A program made the position numbers and the translations under genes. 64,000 nt of DNA from Camelus dromedarius (lineage: Eukaryota), in assembly GCF_036321535.1 (NCBI RefSeq), contig NC_087437.1:31374001-31438000 (forward strand). The letters run 5' to 3'. Below, piece by piece: positions 37,678 to 49,300 of the stretch. The notes under the pieces are model-generated. The model was not told where the DNA came from. It saw only the letters and a list, made by a program, of their open reading frames with translations, and searched no databases. Positions within the stretch are counted from its first letter, which is position 1. The number at the start of each line of letters is the position of its first letter.

Positions 37678-39984
37678 CAACATTTTTTTTAATCATGTAA
37701 AAGTTTCTAAAAATGGAGTCTCAATCTTGTTTAATTTACTTTCCTTTGCCTTAGGGCTTTTTTCTGTGTGTGCTCATAGGTTATATTCTCATTTAGAGTT
37801 GAGTGTATGGGTTTAAATCTCAGTATCTTCCACTCATGTGCTGTTACAAGGCCTTTGGTGGTAAGCAATGGAAGACCCAGGCTCCACGGAACTAAATGAG
37901 AAGGAAATGTACTATCACCCATACAATGGACCCCCAAATAAAGCCTGTCCAGGGTGGGTAATATGATCAGGATTCTTACCTTTTCTTTGCAAAGACTTGG
38001 CTCTGCCCACCTTTAATGATCACAAGAAGTCTACAGCATTTCATGTGTCACATCCACATACAACCCTAAAAACGTAGCTGAATTTTCTTCTGATTTCTTG
38101 TTGGAAAAGAATTTTATAATCTAAAAAAATAGTGGAAAATTAATAAGTTAAAAAATACACTCAAATTCACAAACTGCTAATTTCTTTACGATATTTATTG
38201 CATTAGGTATTGTTTGTTTGTTTTTGCATTACTCAGAGAAATGCAAATTCAAATCACAGTGAAATACCACCACACATCTTTTAGAACTGCTGAAGTACGA
38301 AATAAACAACAAGACACAAGCAAAAAACTGGCAATATCAAGGGCCAGTGAAGATGTGGAACAACTGACCAATCTCATATAATCCTGGTAGGAATATGAAA
38401 TGGTAGCACGAAAAAGGCAAAGAAGGCATTATCTGTTTACAAAAGTGAAAAATTGTTTCCCAAAACTCCCCTAGATGATTTCTCCCTCTCATCTCAGTAG
38501 CCAGAATTTGACACTTGTTGATTCCTAATCCTAATCACTTGGCAAGAGGAATGGGACCACACCTTCAATAACTGACACTATTCATGTCCTCTCTTCTGGA
38601 TCTGGGGCAGGGGCCAGGCTCCCGTGGATACAGGGCCATGAAGGACATCCTGGTGTCTTAATGAACCTGGCTGGGTGGGGCTGGAAGAGAACAGATGACT
38701 GATAGACAAAGTCAGCACGTGGCCTGTTCAATGGGTGACTGAGCAAGAACTTCCACACCTCTGACCCAGGTTCTTCCTGGACTAGCTGCGGGTGTCCCCC
38801 TTAACTGAATGTTTGCAAACTATCCAGCACAGATTTGCCCTGGGCTGGGTGCTCAGAAACTATATTTCTGCTGATTTCACTTTATCTGCATAAGCATTTT
38901 ATATAATACAGTTGACCTTATAATGACTCCCAGAATCTACAACTCTGTGAGCCAGTTCTAAATTTTGAAAATCCCTGGGAAGGACTCTGGCAGGTATGGG
39001 TTGACTCACAGGCTCACCTTAGACCAACTACCATGAGCATAGGAATGGCTACCTTCATGGTCAGACCTGGAATGAACAAGACTCTCCTTGTCATCTGGGA
39101 GAAGGGCTAGTGAGACTGGCAGCTCATCCAAATCACTTGATTTGAATGGAGAGGAAATCGCTCCTCAAAGGAAATGAGTGTGTATTGGGGTTGGGAGTAA
39201 GGAGGGGAAGATTGAAGGAGAAGCAGCCAAGGTGCCGAATAGACAGAAAAACAACAGTTGCAGCCTTCAAATTGGCATGTAAGGTCATTTGTGACTTCCC
39301 CCTGACCTGGCTGCAGTCTCCTTTTTCATCAGTCCATACTCCTCATCCTGAATCAGGGACATTGACCTAATTGACCTGGCTCTGCATCTCCTGGGCTCCA
39401 CCTTTGCACATGCTGTTCCTTCTCCATGTAAGCTCTCCTATCCCTCCTGTCTCCGGAGACCTGGCTAATTCCAACTCATGTTTCAGATCATTCCAGCTGT
39501 CACCTGCTCTAGGAAGTCTACAAGGATTCCACACTTGCCCCAGTCAGAGTTAGAATCTCATAAGCACTGTCAGTGCTTGGGGCTTACTTCTAGCAGAGCA
39601 TATATCACATCAAATTGGAATACACTCCAGCGAGTTTAAGCAGAAAGGGATTTATTACAGGGAACAAGGTAGCTGACAGAATTTCAGGGAGGCTAGGAAG
39701 CCAAGCTTGAGTGTTGGCCTGTGAGCAGCACAGCCAGGAAAAATATCCAACACCTCATAGAAACCCCACAGCCAACCACTGCCTGCCACTTGGCTCCTCC
39801 AATGCTAGAACCAGGATTTGAGAACTCTTGGAACCTTGAGAACTGTCGCTGAAGAACCAAGCATCTTGCAGGACATTGTGGCCGTCACTTCACAATATTT
39901 TCTGTACCCTCCAAATCTCTGCTTGGCAGAAGCCTGATCTTGTTGCAAGGGAAACTGGAAAATGTAGTCTTTACCACAATAAAC

Positions 39985-40670
39985 AGAGGTTTAAAATAGT
40001 ATTGAATGAGCCAATTTTCAGTATCTTCCACAAAAACTGTGTATGAAGGACGTACAAATGTATGGTTTTGGTGAATAGTTTCATAATCTGTGAAATCTTT
40101 GTTCCCAAAAATACTTTAAGTTTAACGTCTACTTTATCTGCTATTAGTATTGCTAAGCCAGCTTTCTTTTGGGTACAAATTCCCTGATACATCTTTTTCC
40201 CATCCCTTTATTTGTAATCTTTCTATGTTGTTTTGTTTGAGGTATGTAACCTGTAAGCAGTATGGGTAACTGGATTTTTTTTTTAAAAAACTAAGAGTCC
40301 TGTCTTTTAATAGGTGTATTAAAATATTTATTTTTTACTGTGGTTAGGAGTTTATAACTTACCTCTGATATTTTATAGCTTCTAATTTGTGAAAAAAAAA
40401 ACTGTTTTCATTTTTTTCTTCTTTTGGATTGTCAGGCTTTCCTAATTCCTTTTCTTTTTCTTCAACAAGTCTGGAGATTACACTTTCTAATTGTTTTGTG
40501 GTTTTAAGAAACTTAATTTTATATTTTCCTAACAAAGTCAGTAGTTAATCCAGATCTCCAGCCTCCTCCTGGACAAGACACTTAGAACAATGTAACTTCC
40601 TTCCTGACTCACCACTTACCCCATCCGCCTGTGTGATCACTGTCTAGATTTTGGCTCAACATGTTTTTAT
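39985..40670 (-). mobile_element. Old L1M internal fragment
   Basis: The reverse translation QKKAGLAILIADKVDVKLK (ORF 39971..40192) resembles the L1 ORF2 endonuclease motif KKAGVAILISDK. Confidence 0.7.
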
Positions 40671-41644
40671 CTGTGCTTGGAAAGAAGAAAGGAGTTTCTC
40701 TCCAGGATCACTCTTCCATCTTGATCAAGATGTTAAAACAGCCATTGGACCTCTTCTTTTCTCCCAGTTCCTCCTGGTTCACAGCCTTTCACCTCCATTC
40801 TTGATTTAACATTTCAACCTTCTTTTATGAAGACCCACAGCTCCCTCTCTCCTTACCTTAACCACTGCACCATCCTGCAGACCTTCAACCTGGGAGAGGC
40901 AGGGCAGGTGCTCATATATTGTAGAACACATGTGCCCTGAGTCTGAAGGACATGAAACCACTGCAGCCTACTCCTGCCCTTCTCTTTTTCAGCCCCATAA
41001 CCTTGCCTCCTACTTCAGAGGAAATAGAAACCATCAAGTAAGAACTCTCAACATTTTCCACTTCCTCACCAGCAAAGTCATCTGTATCCCCACCCACATC
41101 TCCCTTTCAGTCTCACGTGAAACAACGACCTTCTTCCACTCATAGACCAGCTTTAGAATATAATCCCTCAATTCCTTATCCTGTTTCCTATATTTATAAT
41201 TCTTCATCTCTAATCCTTCTTTGCACCACCAGACAATACTAGCTAAATCAGCTTTGCTTGTAGTGAACACAATATTTATAGAGGAAATAAATGAATACAT
41301 TTGTCATAGAGGATATTTACAAAATGGCCACAATAGCCATCTTTCATTTGAGAGGTTAAGAATATCAAGATATGATTAATATTCAGAAGTGTAACTTTCT
41401 CCAAATATTTGAAGACCATGTCATGAATTTCTACACCAAATATGAGTCCTACAATTGCCCTGTTGTGGGCATCTGTCTGAGAGATTCACCTGTGTTGTTG
41501 CATGTGCCAGTAGTCTACTCTTTTCTATTACTTGTTATATTTTGTAATATAATTATATCATGGTTTATCTGTTGTACTGTTGATGGACATTTAGGCTGTT
41601 GCCCACCTTTGTCTATCACAGATAAAGCCGGTATAAATAGTGAG

Positions 41645-42296
41645 GTTTTTTCCTTATTTTTTATTGAAGTGCAGTCAACTTCCAATGTTAGTTTCAGGTA
41701 TACAGCAAAGTGATTCAGTTATACATGTATATATTCTTTTTCAGATTCTTTTCCATTATAGGTTATTACAAGATATTGAATATAGTTCCCTGTGCTATAC
41801 AGAAGGTCCTTGTCATTTATCTATTTTATATATAGTAGTGTGTATCTGTTAATCTTAAACTCTTAATTTATCCCTCCCCTCTCCTCCTCTTCCCTTTTGG
41901 TAACCATAAATTTGTTTTCTGTGTCTGTGAGTCTGTTTTGTAAATAAGTTTATTTGTATCATTTTTTTAGATTCCACATATAAGCAACATCATATGATAT
42001 TTGTCTTTCTTTGTTTGACTTATTTTACTTAATATGATAATCTCTAGGCCTTTCCATGTTGTTGCAAATGGCATTATTTCATTTCTTTTTGTGGCTGAAT
42101 AATATTCCTATGTATATGTATACACACACGTGCATGTGCACGTGCGCATGCACACACACACATACACACCACATCTTCTTTACCCTTTCATCTGTCATTG
42201 GACATTTAGGTGGTTTCCATGTCTTGGCTATTGTAAACAGTGTTGCTGTGAACATTGGGGTGCATATGTCTTTTTTAATTACAGTTTTCTCTGGAT
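41645..42296 (-). mobile_element. Younger L1 3' end
   Basis: Reverse ORF 42079..42360 contains KKDICTPMFTATLFTIAKTWKPPKCP (L1 ORF2 C-terminus). Flanked by GGTATAAATA at 41630-41639 and 42297-42306. Confidence 0.92.
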
Positions 42297-42518
42297 GGTA
42301 TAAATATTCTTGAACATCTCTTAGTGGACATAGGCACTCATTTATCCCGGGTGTAAACATACCTAGGAGTGGAATTGTCAGGTCACTGAGTAAGCATATG
42401 TTTAGCTTCCTTAGATATTGTCAAACAATTTTCTGAACTCATCATATATTGCCTTCCACTAACAGTGTCTAGGGTTCTAGTTCCTCTACATCCTCAGCAA
42501 TACTTGGTATTGTCAGAC

Positions 42519-42616
42519 TTTTTTTTTTTTTTTTCATGGAGGTACTGCGGATTGAGCCCAGGACCTCACCCATGATGCTAAGTACACACACTACCACTGG
42601 GGTATACCCTTGCCCC
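42519..42616 (-). mobile_element. tRNA-Ala-derived SINE (Vic-1-like)
   Basis: T16 followed by ggaggtactgcggattgagcccaggacctc...ctaccactggggtataccct. Confidence 0.85.
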
Positions 42617-44234
42617 AGTCTTCTTAATTTAAAATTTTTGCCATTTTGGCAGGTGTGTAGTTATCTCTCACTGTGGCTTGAATTTAACTTTCCCTGATGA
42701 TTAAGGATGTCGAACACCTTTTCAGAGCCCAACTGTATATTTGGATTTTGACTTTTGATAGGTTTTAAGCAGGAGAGTGACCTGATGAGTGGCTTTTGAA
42801 ATATCTGTCTGGTTGCTCTGCCTGGAGGGAGCTGCCTATAGGGAGCACAGTAGAGTCTGAGGAAACATTTAGAAGATATTACAGTAGTCTGGGCAAGAGA
42901 TGTTAAGTGGCTTAGTTTAGTAGTGGCAAAGGAATGGAAAGATTTCAAGCTATATTTTGGAGGAAGCCTGCCAAATGTACCCATAGACCAGAACAGGAGG
43001 CAAAAGGAGGAATCAAAGACAATCTGAACATCTGAATGGACAGTGGTGCTTTTTCCACAGGGCAGAAATCTGGGTGAGGAGCTGGTTCTTTGGTGTTAGA
43101 AGGAAACTTATGGGAGATGAAAGAAGGGACTGAATCACACCAAAGCAAACTGTGCTACCTCCCCAAATTAAAAAAAATTCTGGTCACAAACTGTGCTCAA
43201 AGAAACATTCTGGGCACTGAGAGAAGTGCAGCCGACTTTGATTTGCTTCCCTGCCTTGCAAATGATCTCTGTAGCGCTGGGCAGGGGGAGTTTGCCAGCA
43301 AAACTTATATAACTTCATTTATCACTAATGTCGTTGGGGTTTTATTTTTCCTTCCAAGAATAAGTATGTCTCTACAAGATGAAATGAAAAATCCAGAACT
43401 TAAAAATTAGATTAGTTTGGAAATTACTGGCATTTTTCTTCCTGTGTAAGGTCACTCTGCCCTTGCAGGTCAGTGCTGGGGAAGTGACACATTTTTTTTC
43501 CGTCCCACACTTCTGCTTATTTTCATGCAATAAAAAGCAAATCCTTAACGTTTCAAATGCTTCACGCATGTGGCAAATATTTTTATCGTCTTTTAAACCT
43601 TTAATTTTAAGTTACGTTATGTAAAAAGTTGAATGCCAGACCGCCAGTTTAGCAGGCGATTTCTATGTGGAAAATTCTGTACTTGCAGAAATAATAAGCT
43701 GACTCTTCAAGTCTCCATGGTGTTAGGCTGCCTGCTGCTTTGATTTGTGGACTGCTTTTCAGTTCTTAAAGCAGCGACAATACTACCTACAACGAAGGAC
43801 CTCACAGTTAATAACGGCCTATTATAGCTAGTCCTTGTACTAAACACCAATCCTATGAGCTATGCACTATTATTATCTGCATTTAACAGATGAGAAAACT
43901 GACTCTAGTAACTTGCCCAGAGTCACTTGGCTGGTAAGTGACAAGGCCACCATCAGAACCCAGGTTTATGTGAGTCTCAAACCGAATCCTTTAATGGTTC
44001 CCAAGCTAAAACAGTGTAGAGTAGAAGTGAACTGTGTATGTGCCAAAGCCAGCCATCCTGGGTTCATATCACAGTCCTACCACTTGTTGGCTGTGTGGCC
44101 CTGGGCACTCTTCTCTGGGGACTATCATGGTACCCAACTCATTGGGTATTATAAGAATTAAATAGTTAACATATACAGTATATAACAATTAGAACTGTGC
44201 CCAGATTATGCTATGAGAATTTTAGCTATTCCTT

Positions 44235-44836
44235 TAAAAAAATAGCTTTATTAAGATGTAATTCACACACACACACACAAAAAGATGTAATTCACAACTA
44301 CAAATTCAAACATCTGAAGTGTACTATTCAATGGTTTTTAGTATATTCAGAGAGTTGTATAACCATTACCACAATCAATTTTAGAACATTTCATCACCCC
44401 AGAAAGACACCCAGTATCCATTAGCAGTCACTCACCACCTTTACCCCACCTCTGGCCATAGGCAACCAGTAGTCTACTTTGTGTCCTTATAGATTTAAAA
44501 GAATCTATTGAATGCATATTGCCTATTCTGGGCGTTTCATGTAAATGGAATTATGCAGTATGTGACCTTGTGTTTCTGGCTTCTTTCACTTAGCATAATA
44601 TTTTAAGATTCATACCTGTTGTAGCACATATCAATACTTCTTTTCTTTTTATTGCCAAATAATATTGCATTGTATAGATATTACCCTATTTTATTTATCC
44701 ATTCATCAGTTGATGGATAGTTGGGTTGGTTTCACTCTTTGGCAATTATGACTAATGTTATGAATACTTGTGTACAAATTTTTGTGGGGACATATGTTTT
44801 CATTTCTCTTGGGTATATGTCTAGGAGTGGAATGGT
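44235..44836 (-). mobile_element. L1MA/MB-like 3' end
   Basis: agctttattaagatgtaattcaca...aagtgtactattcaatggtttttagtatattcagagagttgt...ctaggagtggaat. Confidence 0.8.
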
Positions 44837-45965
44837 AGCTATTACTTGGCACTGCCTCCCTCTTTATATATTTATATATTTCTCTGAAAATGCAGACACA
44901 TAATTCTCACAGACAAACACATACCCTAGTGTTTTTGCTCTAAGTGACCTAATGAGCTAAGTCTCCTTCGTATTTCACATCAAAAATGAAGAAACTGAGA
45001 CTCTGGGAGATTTTGCCTTTCTGTTTCTTGGTCTACAGCTTTGCCATGGTCCATCTCCTTTTGAGCATGCCCTCGCCTCTGCCCCTTGCCAACCTTTTGG
45101 GTTTGAGCTAAGACGCCACTACTTGCCAAGAAACTGCTTGGAACCCCCGGGGTGGAGTCAGGTGCTCTGCTCTGTGCCTCCACCATGTCCTGAGCATATC
45201 TTTTCCATCACCCTTTTCACATTCTACTACCCTTATCACAATCTACCAGATGGTAGGACCCTAGGAAAGGGGCACTATCTTCCCCAACTTTGTTTTTCAT
45301 GCCAAGCACAAGGTCTGTTTCATAGTAGTTGCTGAATAGATGTCGATAGCTAAGAAAGAAGAAAGGAAGGACTCTGGCCCACATACATGCTAGAAAGTGG
45401 TCTATCAAACTGGTAAAATCTTTTCTGTTACATCACACAGCTTCAGTGTGAATTAACAAAATAGAAAAATCCAAGAGTGATTATTCAGATCAGGAAAAAA
45501 AAAACCCCAAAACCTTCACTTTATTAAATCACTGTATTAATAGTGAACTTCTTTGGGAGAATGTTGCCCAAAAGATGGTGTGTGTACCATAGGGACATGC
45601 AGGTGCATGAAGGACATTTTTAACTTAATGATTAATGATCTATCTCAAAATAAATTCCAATGAAATAAATATAATTAGGATATCAGATCCTTTATATCAT
45701 TGTTTAGGAGCAGGCTAAAGTCTTTTTTTTTTAAATTAAGGCTATTCCAAATGTGTCTTAAGTAAATAATGGTGCAGATGGAACTCAGCTATAGCAAACA
45801 TTGTATAGATGGTACAAAAGAATTCAAGTTTCAGAACATTATTTAAGGACATTTGCAATATGAAAAGTACAAAGTACACTTTATAAAGCTGTGCTTTCTC
45901 CAGCTTGACTGGGAACATGGATCACCTGCTATCTTGCTAAAACTTAGATTTCTGATTCAAATAGG

Positions 45966-46326
45966 TGTTACAGAGTGAATGTTCACAACTCCAAAAACTC
46001 TTATTATTGAAACCTAATCCCCAAGGTGATGGTATTTAGAGGTGTGACCTTTTAAGAGGTAATTAGGTCATGAGGGTGGGGCCCTCACGAATGGGATCAG
46101 TGCTCTTATAAGAAGAGGCCAGAGAGCTAGCTCAGTCTCTTTCCAGGATGTGAGGACGCAGCAAGGAGATGGCCCTCTATGAAGCAGGAACAAGGCAGGC
46201 ACCCAGAACCCGACCATGCTGGCACCCTACTCTCTAGCTTGCAGCTCCAGACCTGTGAGAAGTATTTGTTGTTTAAGCCACCCAGTCTATGGTAATTTGT
46301 TATAGTAGCTCAAACAGACTAAGCCA
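45966..46326 (+). mobile_element. MaLR solo LTR (MLT1A/MST-like) with 5-bp duplication ATAGG
   Basis: TG...CA termini, ATAGG at 45961-45965 and 46327-46331, and the MaLR hallmark gtttaagccacccagtctatggtaatttgttatag. Confidence 0.88.
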
Positions 46327-49300
46327 ATAGGTCTGGGGAAGAAACGGAGATCCTGTATTCTAACAAGCACCTCGTCTAGGCATTTTATAGATTTTATAAA
46401 CTTATGAATGCTCACACAAATTATACAAGGTAGTTATTAATATCTCCACTTTACAAATGAACACTGAAAAATCAGAATTGGCTTGGCTTTGAGTCACAAC
46501 TTTTTTTCCACACAAAATAAGACACACAGAATGGAAATGATACTGTCATCTTTATTTTCATTATTAGTGTAAAAGAAATCAAGCTAGAGGAGCCCACACC
46601 ACTACCGTGGCCTTGGCCAATGCACGTTCCCAGCGTCTGTCCTATTCACATGTCTTCTCTGTGGCCTCATTGTGAGTCAGAAAGTGATCTGGTCCAGGGA
46701 TCAAAGCCTGAAAAGTTTTCCCATTTCCTTCCCCACGTTCAAAACAAAACAGCTCTGGGCCAGAGATGCATTTCTGCCCCATAGTTATTTGATAAAGAAG
46801 AAAAAAGAAAAAACTACTAAAGCCGGATTTGGAATAAAAAAAGCATTCTTAAAACAAATATTAATCACCTGTGGTAAACACACACACGCACACACTCATA
46901 CACGGTACAGGTACACACGTGTGCTCGTGTGCACGACCGTTTTAGCTGCCGGCAGAGCAGTTGTGCTGTTGTCTCTGGCTAATACTACTAATCCACTCCC
47001 GCATGGGTGCTTTTGAGTTAAGTGCTGCATGTGTATGTGGTTTTTGTTTCTTAACAATTTCAAAGCGGCTCTTTAAGAATAAATCCAAGAAAAAAAGTAA
47101 AACCTAGGTTTCTTTTCAGAGGGTCCCAGGGCCCTTTGTAGTTGGAGGGAGGGGAGATTTTCTGCTGCTCAGCACAGACCACCAAGGTGCCTTCAGTAAC
47201 AGCCTTCACAGGGGGTATTGACACCCCCCCCCTTCCCGGCTAAACAGCAGATTTCAAAAACCTGAGGGTTTAAATCAGGCTCACTCTGACCTGCTTAATT
47301 GGGCCTGTTCTTGTGGCTGCTGCTTAATTTGGCACTGTCTATATAAGTCAGATACCTGGCTTCTCTTAAAAAATGGACAAACCTGGCAACACCAGAACCA
47401 GATTCCCGCATTAGCTTCAGTTACTTGTAGCCGGGGGATGACCGTCTCTCTTGACTGTACCAGCAACTTCACTCATGTCCACTACCTACCTGGCCCTGAA
47501 GGCTTCTGAGTTTGGAATTCCTGGTTTATAAGCAGGATTTCTAAACAGCCAACATTTGCTCATCATTATCCTGGGGGAAATCTGGCCAAGTACGTTGGAA
47601 CACTGAAAAACAGTTTCCTTTTAACAAAGTGAAAGCAGCTGGTTCACCCGAGAATTATTGAGTTTCTGGAAGCTGGGTGTGCCCTGATTTAAGTGCTGTA
47701 TTGCTCAGATACACAAGCAGCAAATCCCCCCGTCCCTCCCTGTACCACAGCTCGTCATCATTTGGTATACTCTTGGCTCATTTCCCCTGAGACGCATTTT
47801 AGGTGCTGGAAGGGACTCTAGAGGTGGCCCAGTAATTTCTCCGTCTAGTCTGCTGGTTAATAGGAGGTGAACTCTCTGAGGGTCATACGGGTGAATAGAA
47901 TGAATGGAGATTTTTTTGTATGGTGGGGAGAGATGATACCCAGAGAACTGAACTACTCTGAAGAAAAAAAAAAAGCAAATACTTTCTCGTGCTCAATTTA
48001 GAGGGTGGAGAATGTCACAGTCATCGCAACTTTTACTCATTCAATAAATATTTCCTTAAGCACCAACTTTGTGCCATGGCCTGTGCTAAACTGGGGAGGC
48101 AGTGATGAAGGAGACAGAGTCCCCTGGCCTGGAGAAGTTCAGCCTGGAGGTAGTTATCCAAATATTTATGCCTGATAGTGGCCTAAGTGGTGACTGGTGC
48201 CGTCTTACAGGGAGAGCATGTTACTGGTGCCATTAGGATCTCCCCAAAGAGATCCCACAAGACTCCCATCTGTTTGCTTTCAAACAGACGTATTTTGCCT
48301 TGAAAAAGATTTTCCAAAGGTCCCACTGTCCCTCAGCTCTAAGACACATCCACCAACATAAATACCCTTGGTAAGGGTGAAACCTCAAAACCCTGCAGGG
48401 CCCGGCAGGTAACAAGTGCATGGGGCCGACAAAACTGGGGCTGTATTCAACAGCAGACACCACGTGGCTACTGCCAGCTCTTGGGAGGCAGGAAAACTGG
48501 CCCAATGCGGCCAGAACATCAGGGTTTGTGAAAGAAGCCAGAAGTTGGATTTTGATTTTTTTTTTTAATTTCACATCTTCTTTTTTGAGATTCTAGGGTT
48601 CAAAAATATGTTTAAGCTTAGCATTGATCATCAAAAATAGGTTTGCAGGCAGATTTCAGTTAAGGGTCCAGGATTATGAGCTCTAATTCCAGGAGACCCA
48701 ATACCCCATCCCCTGATTATATTTAATACAGATCTTACCAAGAACTGGCAACCTGGAATTTGCCTTTTCCAGGAAGTCCTATTGGGCCTTTTGTGTTTTG
48801 GAAATTAAACACATTGAGATATTTAGACTCCCTGCATCTCTCAGTATTTCTCTTTCTTTGTTATTCTTGCTGTCTATCAAAAAATAATTATTTTCAGTAA
48901 AAGAGTGGAACTCGAACACGTTTGTCAATACAAGTTATTCTTTAAGAGTAACCTTTGATAGATGTATATACATGGTCATGACATGATTGGGATCTTCTGA
49001 TCATTCTGGTTTGGAGTCAGATCCTTTCCTGAGCACTTGACCTTTACTACTGGACTCGTCTTGAGCTAAAGGCTCCTGAGTGGCTTATCTTTCAATGTCT
49101 GCAAAGCCTTCGTTCTCTACCATTCACAGGTGTTCTGTTTGCCCCACCTGGACTGTATAAGTGAATTATATGAAAGACTTTGTTTTGATTTTCCATCTCC
49201 CTGTTTTCAGAGCTGCTTTCTTTTTCTCCAAATGCAGCTGAAGAGAAACAAGACAGAATTAAGAATATGAATCCTCCCTGGGTTTTTTTGCTTCTATTTG

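Larger units (their letters stand above)
41460..42725 (-). mobile_element. Old L1M hosting a younger L1 and a SINE
   Basis: gatggacatttaggctgtt...cctaggagtggaattg...ttccctgatgattaaggatgtcgaacacctttt is reverse L1 ORF2/3' sequence, split by the insertions. Confidence 0.7.

Noticed and set aside
42079..42360. ORF containing PMFTATLFTIAKTWK as a host gene
   Set aside because: It is the C-terminal remnant of L1 ORF2 in a truncated element.
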